From contig JAAEQR010000072.1 in assembly GCA_024231215.1 (NCBI GenBank), forward strand, positions 193,210-257,209: a stretch of DNA of 64,000 bases. The letters are read 5' to 3'. The DNA comes from PVC group bacterium (GTDB taxonomy: Bacteria; Omnitrophota; Gorgyraeia; B26-G9). Position 1 is the first letter of the stretch, and every line of letters begins with the position of its first letter. Below are positions 40,005 to 52,000 of the stretch, piece after piece. The notes beneath the pieces are model-generated. The model did no database searches. It was not told where the DNA came from and worked only from the letters and a program-made list of their open reading frames with translations. Made by a program: the position numbers and the translations under genes.

Positions 40005-43000
40005 ATGCAAGGACTAACTGGTAAGCTGTGGTTTAAAATCATAGCCTTCATCGTTTTACAAACTTTTATGTTTGTGCAGGCAGATATATCCTGGGCGGCA
40101 AATTATCGTCAGCAAAAAGGCCAGGGCGAGAGGGTTGTTGATGAACGCGATAAAGTATCTAAAGACGCGTTAAATACCCAGGTAGTTCTAAATCAGCCTG
40201 CAGTACCGTTTATTAGTTTTGATCCGGGGATTGCTCCGCCTCGTTCGGAAAAACTATCTTTAATCGAGACAACCATAGAAGGTTTGTCGATGGCCGGTAC
40301 GAATTTAAAAACTATATTTGGTACTTTAAAGAATTCCGGTTGTTCGGTATCAGAAACTGGTTTTGCGGCGATGCGGCAGGGATATCCAAAACACGAAATC
40401 TATAAAGCTTTGATCAGCGCCGGGTATGATAAAGAAGAAGTAAAGACAATGCTTGGTAGTATATTACAGCGTGAAGAAGAAAAGAAATCAGAAGATGAAT
40501 CAGCTAACCAGAAGACAGGACCGCCGCTAGACAAAGAGAAAAAGGATGCTGATAAAGAAGCTTCCTTTTTAGACGCAGAACAACCAATCCCCGAATCTTC
40601 CGAAGTGACCGCCCTTTCTGTGGGCAAAGATCCCGTTAAAATAATCGAAAAAGCAACAGCTGATAATGCGGTAATGAACCAGACAGTTGCGTTTGTACGT
40701 TTAATGATCAATGAAGGTAAACGTGGTAAAGAGCTTATAAAGACTTTAAAGAAAGCCGGACTTACTAATGAAAGAATTGTCATGGCTTTGGCTCAGTTAG
40801 GTTTTAGCTTGGATGATATTGTCGCTATATTTAAAGAAGCGGATATCAGCGCTACAGAAATTATTCAGGCCATACACAATGGCTTTTTGGCGTTTAGCGA
40901 TAAAGATATTTATAATGCCCTGCTTAAAAACGGATTTAGTGATAAAGATATTATTGCCGCATTTAAAACAGCCGGAGTATCTTCAGAAGATGTTTTAAAG
41001 ATAGCTACACAATTAAGCCGGAATATGGTGAGTGTGGCCAAGGCAATGGTGGAGGTAGGTTTTAGTTATGCTGATATTGCCAAAGCATATCTTTTAAAGG
41101 CAATGAAATGGACTTTTGATAAGAGTGTGCATGTTGTGAACTGTGCGGTCAAGGCATTTGACGCATTTCTTACTAATATCGGCCGTAAATTTACAAGCAA
41201 AGAAGAACTTGCCTATGAACTCATTGTAGATGATATCCTGCGTACCGGAGAAGTAGAGATTACCGGTAAAGATGTAATGACTTCTATGCTGGCAATAAAG
41301 AATGTTGCCCAGAAATATGGAATAGATATGCAGGGGTATAATTTGACCCTGGAAAGCCTGATGGAATTAAATGACGCAGCGATTGTGCATTTAGACGGTG
41401 ATCACTGGGTAAGTTTGCAAAATATAGATGGTGATCAGGTTTCAATTATTGATAACGGAGAAGAGAAGACAATTTCTCTTACTGAACTAAAAATTCGTTG
41501 GGATGGCAATACATTAGCGATCAATCAGGAGAGAACACAATACCAAGAGCTTTTAGATTTACAGATGCGTCAGATACGTGGTGGTAGAGGTTGGAATCCT
41601 TTTAAAGCGATAAAGAAAATATTTAAAGCAGTTAAAAATTTTATTGTAAAGACTGTTAAAGCTATAGTTAATATAACTAAAGCTGTATTTTATACAATTA
41701 CGGGAAATACACAAAAAGCAGATTATTATTATAACAGGGGTTTTCAACAGTTAAGCCAAGCGCTTAACTCGCTTATCAATGCAGTAGTTCCTGGTAAGTT
41801 CCTACAGAAAATTTTTAAATCTATTGCCAATGGATTGGTTATGTTTGCCCGAGGAATGGTTAATCAGATAAGAGGCTTGTGTATGATGGCTCGGGGTGAT
41901 TTTAAACAGGGATTTAAAACATATCTTATGGGAGTTGTGCAGACTGCGGTTGCTCCGCTAGTTAGTCTCTATGGGATGTTAGGAGAAAAAGTAGGTAGGG
42001 TCGTAGCCAAGGTTATTCAGTGGGTAGTACGTATTGTTGCAGCTGTATTAAGTTTTGTTTGTACTAAAATTTTTGGCTGGACAGGAATAGGAATGGCTAT
42101 AGGAATGGCTATTGCTTTTGTAGCTACCGTAATTACCTGTATGGTGGATTATGATTTTGTTCAGATGGTTCAACGTGGTGATGCGAATGAAATTGCGAGT
42201 GTTATGGGCAAAATATTTAAGGCGGCAGCTATATCCGCAGTAATTGCTGCTGTTGCTTTTTGTATAGGAGGAGCTATCCAGGGATTAGGAGGCACCGCAT
42301 CAACAACAGGCTCAACAATAGCAACAACAGTAGGTAGTATTGTGAGTACTGTAGCCAAGGCAGCAATTACTGTAGCTAAGACTGCAATGACTGTAGCCAA
42401 GTTTGTATTAGCTCCTGTAATAACGGTAGTCAATGTTTTAGCTAGAGCTGCAATGACTGTAGTTACTGCTATAACTAAAATTGTAATGACTGTAGTTAAG
42501 GTTATAGTTGATGGTATGAATCATGTAGTGAGAATGGTGACAAACTTTTTAAAACCTATGATTGAGAATCTTAAGAATTCTATAGTGAATATGGTGAAAG
42601 CTATAAAACCAGATGCAGTTATTCAGGAGATAGGAAGCGAGGTAATTGAAGAAGCTATAACAAAGGTAGTAAAGGAACAAATTGCAATGTATGTTGCTAC
42701 TAAAGGATTGGACTCTGCTGGGATTGATGATCCTTATGTGAGGGCTGGTATTGTAGGTGCTATTGGTGCATGGGCTGGGGGAGACGGCTTTAAAATTGAT
42801 GCAAAAGATGTGGTTGAAGGAGTTTTTATCGGGACAACTCAGGAGACAATAAGGCAGCAGGGATATAAACGTAATTGGGATCCTTTACTTATAGAAAGTC
42901 TCGCTACTGTAGGAGGGACAGTAGTTGGTGCGTCTATAGGTGCTATTCAAACTTCTAGGACAGTTTATACTGGTACCTGGGCGAGTAGAACAATGGATAA

Positions 43001-46000
43001 TTTAAAAGCTTCTTTTGGCCAGATGGTTGGTAATATAGCGACAAACGCTGTACAACGTATTTGCCTGGAAAATGGTATGGATCCTATTGCCACCAGCGCA
43101 ATATCTTCACTTGCAGGTGGTCTTGTCACTGGGCTGGGAAATTATGCTGTTGGAAACAGTCCAGGTGGTTTTCGTAGAAATATGGGGTTTGCATTGGTCC
43201 AAGGAATTAATGATGGGTTTACGTCAGCTGGTTCTATGTTGTATAAAAAGATTTTAGTCGAAGACTTAGCCTTTACTGATAGTCAGGCGTCTTCGATGGT
43301 AAATGGTACTTTTGGTCAATTGAAATATCAAATGGAGCTGCACAATGAATTCGGTTATGGAAAATGGGAAGGGACCGATGACCTGACTTTTAGTCAAAAG
43401 CTTCAACTCGCGGGAACAAAACTTGGTGAGGGTGGAGTGTTTAGTGATTCTTTAAAGGTATTAAATAGAAATGATGGTCTTAAAAATGATCTTATTTCTG
43501 CTATGGGTTTGAACTCAGGTTCGTATTCCGGAACTGCGTATGATAAAGCGAGCTATATAGATGGTTTTAATAGCAAAATAGACTCCATGGATTACATGAT
43601 GAATGGCTTGGATTCCAATATAGAGCTTAAAGCAGATGGTAAATATTATAATTCTGATGGTAGTATTAATACTTATATGTCCCGCAATAAAGCGAAAAAC
43701 GAATATTGGAATCATTGGAAAGAAGCAAAACCAGAAATATTTGGACAATCAGCAGGTGATAGCAATGGAGGGCAATCAACAAATTTAAGTTTTGGCGATG
43801 CTTATTTTGAGACTATTTCTACTCGGCAGCTAAGTTGGCAGAATACCAATGCGAGAAGTTCCCTTAGTTTTATTACTGCTCCTATACGTAATAGCTTAAA
43901 CGTTTCCATATATAATGCTACACGCACTGCATATGAACCTCGCGCTATTATGCAGGGCGCTGAAATTATAAAGATCGCGGACAATTCAGCACAACAGAAA
44001 TATTTAGCAAATTCTATTAGCCCACAGTTTAATTCAATAATAGATGTCAATAATGTAACTTCTGTAGCTTTTAATAGCTGGAATCATTTTCAAACTAATA
44101 CTGCTGCCTATTTTACGACAATTTCCAGCAGTGTTAATAATAAGGGAAGGGAAGTATATGTTTTTAATACAGGCAGAAGAGTTGGTTCTAATTTGGTTTG
44201 CGCGGAAACTCCAAATAAGCAGGCTATGGAAAGTTTTTTCAAAACGGAAGAAATCAATAATTTAACGATCAGTCCTTTTACTAGTAAAACACTGGGTAAT
44301 TTTGAGGCTCAAAACAAGGAAGAATTCATTATTACCGGAGCTATTCAGCAGTTGACGAAAACCGGGATAATTGTAGATTATCAGCTGGTAAGTATGACCG
44401 AGGGTGCAGATATTCTTCTTGCAACAACAATTAATAATGTTGACTTGTTTACTACTGTTGCCAGCGGGGTGCAATTCAGTTCTCAGTCATTAGTATTGAA
44501 GGATAAGAATAACAGTACTTATAAGACTGCGATTGATAAAGTATCCGTAGATTTAGGCATTAATGAAAGTGTTGATAAAATTGCTAATCAGGTAAAGTTA
44601 ACTTCTGCAGTTGAATTATGTATTAATGCTAATGGAAACTTGAGTATAACGGGAGAATCTCTGGACGAACTTAATACAGAGTTAGGAGCCTTGGAAAATC
44701 TGGCAAAGAAATCTAAGGCTATTGATTTGCCGGGCGGTTGTGTTCTTGCAAATACGTCTCTTGAGTATATTGAAACTTCAGAAGGATTAGAGCTTATCGC
44801 AAAAGAGACATTACAGAAAGATCGTAATATTGAATATGAGGGACTAGGTTATACAATTGATACAAGTAAAGGTACGGTTCAGTATGTTTATAATAATAAG
44901 GGAAAAATTACGAGTTTATTGAATTTCGATAAGGGGTATAAAGGAGTAACGCTTAAAGGTTCAGATGGCAAATCAATAATGATTTTTAACGGAAATAATG
45001 TGACTTTAAGTAATGATAAAAAGTCATTTTTTAACTCAATGTTAGTGAAATTGAATTATCGCAAAGGAAATGAATTGAGTATTCGTAGTGCGGAAGTATT
45101 AGCTATAGATGATTATAATCTCGGGAAAGTAAATAGCTTTGAAGTTATGCGACAAGGAAAATCTTTAGCATCATCATCAATAACTGATTCTGCTAAAGAT
45201 TTGTCTACCGAGGGGAAATTAAATTATATTCGTTTAGGTTCTGATTCGGATAGTAATACGATTATTAAAGCAGGAAGTGTTTTTACTATTATTGAAAATG
45301 AGGTCAAATTCAAGAACAATGATGTTTTAATTAATGAAGGAACCAATTCGATTAGTATTACTGGACAAGACAGGTCTTTAATGACTTTGAATGGAAAAGA
45401 ATCAGCAATAATATTGAAGGGTAGTGCGCGTAAATTTGATCTGACTAAAGAAAGTGTCCAAGAGCAGATGAGACAGAAACAAGGCATTCCTACGGATGAT
45501 ACATTAGTAGAGAAGGATACCTTTGTCTTGGGAGACGGCAGCACTGTTGTAATCTATGCAGACCAGGATTCTAATTCTAAGGTATTACAGGTGTTTTCTG
45601 GAAACTTGGGGACAAATGATAAAGGACATAGAACTATCGATGTTTCATTTGTTAATGAAAATGGAATACTGGAAACAATGTCTATGAACAACGATATGCT
45701 AAGGCAGAAGGTCAATTCCAATAGATTTATTAATGGAGTACAAGGGGTATATCAAATTACTTCTGGAGATCAATTAGCATTGGTATTTGAGTTTGGGACA
45801 GGTTCTAATATGCAGCGGAAAGTTTTAGATTTTAGTCTCGGGGAAGATACCAATGGCAGTAGTGTATATACATTGAATGACTGTAGTTTAAATACAGATA
45901 CAAACACTATTAATATGGGCGGGGTGTCTTTTGATAAAACAGAGACATCTTTGCAAACAGCTGTCTTTTATCGTTCGGAAGATACTTCAGCTGTTCAGGG

Positions 46001-49000
46001 GAAAACTGAGGAGATGAATAATGATAGGCTTGATACATTAAATACAGGTATTACTATTGGAGGACATGAAGCTCATTATCAGATAACGACTGATAATAGA
46101 AATAAAGTTGTTTTATCTTATGATGATAAGGTAGTGATGTTTTCTAAAACTACACAGGGGACTGTGGTACAGGCGCCGAAGAATGCAGATGGACTAAGGG
46201 AAATCGGTGACATGGTTAATACTGCGGAAACAGGAGAAAAGACAATAGATGTTATAACTTTTGATGATTCTCAGGTAACTGCGACTATAAATACGATTAC
46301 TCTAGAAGCAGAAGTTTCTCAGCCTAAGAGCATAAATGATATAGACTATTCCGGCAAGAAAATTATGGTTGATGGAGTGAATGGGAGATTTAATAAGGAT
46401 TTGCCAATTAATCAGAATAAAGATGAACTTGTTCCGCGGTCATTTGAACTTGCTGACGGAACAATGCGGGAATGTGTGGTTTTGGCTGAGGCTGATGTTA
46501 ATGCCGGAGAATTTTTGGGAAAATTAGGTGGAGCTAAAATAATCGGGCTTTATGCTACAAAAGATAACCAGGTTTTTATGCATGTACAGGGCAGACAGAA
46601 TATTGTTATGCCGGAAGATAGCTCTGGGCCATCTGATCAGAGTCCTGCGTATACTATTAGTAAGTTTGATATTAAGAGGAAGACAAGTAATGGTTTTAGA
46701 GTTGAAGGTCTTGTTGAGTACCAGCTTTCAGCAGTGGACAATAAAGGTGATTTTGAATTTAATCCCATGGCTTTTAATCCTGGCGCACAATTTTCTGTTT
46801 CCGAAAAGTTTAATAAGAGAGAAGTTATAATCAAAAATAAAGTGCTATTGCGTGGAGATGAGTGTGTTGTTACAAGTCAAGGTGTGGAGGTCGAGAACAG
46901 GATTGATGTTGATTTTATCACGCAGTCACTAGCAGTAAATGATAAAGCATCTACGATTTTTAATCAAATGGTTAGAGTTGATGTGTCTTTACATAAGAGT
47001 GAAGAAGCAGATGCTAATCCAGCGTTAATGATTGATAATGTATTAAGTGTAGATGGTAAAAAAATAGATTTGGACGAGCTATCAGGGATAATTGTTTCTG
47101 AAGGGGAACTTAAGGCAGAGTTTCAGGGAGTGAAACTGGAGAACGGAATAATATCTTTGTCAGCTAAAGGGACAGGTATTATTAATACAATTGGTCAAAA
47201 CCCAGGAGATGAAGAAGATATAGGGTACAATCTGCCAGGTATCACAGTTGCTAATTCAAACTATAAATTAACTCAGAATCTGGGGGAAGGATTTGCAGTT
47301 TGGGAAGGCTTGATGGATTTTGCTGTAATGCCGACAGGTAATGTAAAAGCTTTGTATGAGCAGCAGGGAGTAAAAGGCATTATTGCGGATACATTTGAAG
47401 GCGAGGTTACTATTGCCGGACATAAAGTTAAGAAGTCAGAACAGTTTGAAGTAAATTATGCGGGTGTTACAGTTATTCCTATTGTGCAGCCGAAAACTGT
47501 ACGAAATTTAATGTCTGGAATAGGAGAAAATATATCAGCTGATATTATAAATAGTCTTCGTCAAAATTCAGGCGGTCTTTTTGGAGAGGATCAGTCAATA
47601 ACTGGAGTTATGCATAAAATAAACGAAGACCTTACCGTAGTTAAACTTGATGATAGCAACTCTGTTTTTGATGGGGTAGATTCCTTATTGCAAAATGTAA
47701 ATGTATCAGAAAATGCATTTGATATTGTACAGGTTAATAATGTTCAGCCGTTGGTTCTTATAAGAGGCGACAATGTATCTGTTACTTATTGTGAGATTGA
47801 TAGTAAAGGATTGCCGGTTATAATTGGTAGTTCTGGTATTGATAGCCAACAGGGTATTATTTCGGTAGGCATCGAAAAAGCAGAGCGTAGTTTTAGTGCT
47901 TTTGCCAATGATAACCAGTCCTATGTATATAATAAAACTTCTACAAATGATTTTAGTTTAGAATTAATGCCGCAGCAAGGGAATAAGAATAGTTACTATG
48001 GTACATTGACTAGTAAAAAAGGAGTTGTTACAGGAACTGGTGTTTTTAATAAGAAAAATGCAAGTGATAACCCTATGGTGGCATCGGCGGCTATTTCGAA
48101 ATTTACCGCGGATAATTTAGCTGTAACACAAATAACCCCGCTTGTGCAGGAAGGGAAAGCTCAAGGTTTTAGAATAGATAGTATTTCCGAAACAGCTGTT
48201 GCTTCCTTATCTTTTGTTCCTACAGATAGAGGGGATGCTCTTTTTGCACGGCATTCAAATAAGGAAACAGGAAATCAATATGAGAAGATTTTCTATCTTA
48301 GTGGTTCTAAAATATATCCTAATAGTAAGGCTGGAAATTGCGCGTATTCTTATATCAAGACATTTGATGAGAACAATGATTTAAATATTAGGATAGAAAC
48401 CACAGATGCTTATCGTGGAAGTAAGGAATTTCAGAATAAAGTTTTACTAGTAGACGGAACCTATAATAAAGAGTCAAAGGATTGGAAATACAGTTTAAAT
48501 AGAGAAGGAATTAAAGAAGAAAATTTATTCATAAATAAACATGAGTTTAAGGCATTAACTGATACAATACTTGGTGAGTTTGGAGCTGTCTTAGGTAAAG
48601 ATCTTGGTTTAGATAAGATTAAGGTTGCAGATATTAAGCTAGAGGGGAGTGGAAGTTCTAAAACAGAAAAATATTTTGGGCTTACTGCTGAAGTCTCAGA
48701 AACCGGGTTTAGATTGTATGATCCAAGGGGTGGATATAGTCTCTCTTTGAATGAGAAGAATATCGAAGTGGGGGTGCGGGGAGAATCAATCACATTGTTG
48801 ACCAGAAGCTCAGACAGAGATGAGAGTCATATTAATGAAATCGCTGTTTTAAGAGAATCGTCTTATCATGTAAGTACGGTTAAAGATAAATCAGCCGGAC
48901 TTATCGTTGATGATAAACTTGTCTTGCAAAGAAATGAAAGTGGCTGGCAGTTAGGAGCAGAACATACAGGGAAGTACGAAAAAATATCTAAAGAAGGATC

Positions 49001-52000
49001 AAATATAAGTTTTGACGCGGCTGATCAAATATTTAAAGTTTTACAAAGCGATACTGATATTAATAATTTAGAAGTTGATTTGTCTAATCTTACGACTTCG
49101 CGTATTGCAATGGGGGTTTTTGGCAATTATCAGAAAGTAGTGAGTAGTTGGAATGCAATTTATGGTTCTGAATTCCAGAAACAAATATATGGGGAAGTAA
49201 TAGATAATATAGATTTTGTTTCTAAGTTTGTGGGTGAATATAGTTCCTGGGGCAATGCTAGAAAGGAATTCTTTAAAACTACAGAAGAAGGGAAACAAAT
49301 AGCGGAAGAATTTAAAGAGTTATTTACCAAAGCAATTTCCCAGGTAAACATCAGCGATTGTCCAGAGATCAAAAAGCTTATTGGTTCCCCGGATAAAGAT
49401 TCTAAGGATAAAGAATTTAAAGCAGACTTAGGTTTATTTGGGAAATATCTTAAAGAAGCAATTTCTTCCTATAATACTGCTCAGAGTAATGAGTCTAATC
49501 CTTTGGTTTTTTCTCAGAATATGGCTTTAGCGGAAAAGAATAATAAAATTGCAGGATATGCTTCATTGGGAGCAAATACCGGATTTAGAGATCTTGTATA
49601 TTCATCGCAACATAAAGTGGTTAGTAAGCAGTTGAAGCTTTCTATTGCGCAGTTTAAAGAAATAAACATTATTCCGGAAAAAGAAAATTTATCGGAAGAA
49701 GCTAAAGCTAATTATGCAAAATTTGAGGCGTTTCTAGCTAGTTTTGAATCGGAAGAAGCTAAAGCTGATTATGCAAAACTTGAGGCGTTTCTAACTAGTT
49801 TTGAAAATGCAGGGACATATGATGCTACACGTAAACCTGATGATTCTAACCCTATAGTCAATGATCCTCAAGTAGAGCAGTTAGCGATAAAATTAAATAG
49901 TGATATGGAAGCTCTCGTTGTTACTTTAGAAAATAAACCTGTGAACGGTGAAGAAAAAGATGTAAGTCTTACTGATGTAGCTAAAATATCAGCCAGGATT
50001 CAGGGTACGACAGAAGCCAAACACAGCATTGCAGTGATAAATCAGAGGGAGGCAATAATTTACTTAGCGGAAATGTCTGAAGTTGCCAGTAAGATTGACA
50101 AAGCTTTTGATCAGGAAGTGGAATACTGGCAAAATCAAGTAGATACTGCTGAGGAGTATGATTATTATGATGAAGGTTATTCCGCTAAACAGAAACTCGC
50201 TGAGACAATCCGCAACCAGCATGATTTAAAAATCGAAGTTCTTGTGAAAGCTTATGAAAAACTGCAAAATCCGGATGTTCGTTTAGCCTCTGGTGAACAT
50301 GATATCTCACTTATGACTATAGATTTTTCCAGATCGAAAACTTTTGGTGACAGTCGGGAAGTTTATCTTGCGATCAATAGAGAAGTTTATCGAGAAGCAG
50401 GATTTTTACACTCTGCTAAAGGTCAAACAAAAGAGTTTATTAATGCATTGAATATAGATAAATCTGCTGTATCTTTAACCAATACCCAGATAAAAGCGAT
50501 TACAACAGAATCAGCAAAGACTAAGCCTTATATTTCTTTGTGTGAGTTAGCGACAAAACTAGATACATTTGAAGTTGGGATTGTGGGAGTTATTGGTGAA
50601 TCGCAGGGGTTTTTACAGCAGAACAAAGCAATTTTGGCTAAATATTATGATTATGCTACATCAAAGTTTTTTCCCTGGCAGGAAGAAGGGCAAAAAGAGG
50701 AGTTTAAACAACTCTATGAGGATCAGATTAAAGAACATGGGGCAATAGTTGATTTAAATCCGTTCACAGCTTTGTTGAATGAAATTAAGGTTAATAAGAA
50801 AGTAACAGAGAAAGTAGACGAAAGATATGATGATTTACAAGCATATGAGCATAATATCACAATGCAGAATAACCTGGAAAGTGTTTTTTCTGATTTTAAT
50901 AAAAAATTTGAAGGGCTGAAGACTGATTTTCTTAATGCAAGAGATTCTTTTGTCAGTGAGCCGGCATTTGATATTAATGGTATCAGTGATATTTCTAAAA
51001 AATTAGAAAAGACATCACTTGGTTTTCAGATCGATTCTTTTCAGGTAAAAATTGATAAAGTTCTTTTTTCTATGGGTATGATCACAAGTAAGCTTAATGA
51101 CCAAATAGAAAAGTCATTAAGTAAAAAAACAGTAAGCAAGATGCTCTTTACTACGCCGTCACGCAAAATGTCATTGCAAAGAGAGCATAATCAAAGAATG
51201 GGCAGCTTAAGACGTAATATTCTGAAACTTGATATTCGAACTGAAGTAAGTCAACAGTTCCAGGATCTTGAAGTTAAACTCAAAGATTTGTCTGTACAAT
51301 TAAATAATGCTATAGACAGTGATGATATTAAAGAGGTAACAAGACAATTATCTATAGCTGATGCTAAGGTTCTTTCTGCGTCAATAACCATGGTTTCTGA
51401 ACATATTACCCAGCCGATTGCCGGAAAGTTTCCGCTTCGTATGGATAGTTATAAATTCATGGATACTATGATAGAAGATGATAAGGGTTTGAAGAGGAAG
51501 GGGCTGGGGCAGACGTTAACCGAGGGGTTTCAAAATATTTCGATTAATTTAGTTAATTTACAAAAGGTACTTGATGTTTCCATTGAAATGATGGAACAAA
51601 ATAATACTTCATTTGATTCAGCTAGTTTTGGGAAAGCTTTGTTAAATGTTTCTACCCCATTAATAGATAAGAATATAAGGTTTGCCAATGCTCTTTATGA
51701 AAGCCTTGGCGTAATAGATCAGGTATTTGCTACACAAAAAAATGCGGAAAATTGGTGGACTCAGGTAACAAGTGTTGGACAAAGTAAGGGAATATTTGAA
51801 AGGAATGTTGGTGGTACAGTAAAAAAAGCCTTAGTTGATATTATACAAAAGGCTAGTAATCTAAAATCTTTCATGGATACAGCTATTGACGAGGCAGTAG
51901 AGATTTATGAGAATGAACTTATTGCCACGGTTGATTATAAGCCTTTAATTAAATCACTTCCTCAGTTTGGCCAGCGAGCAGTTTCTAAGATAGAAACGGC

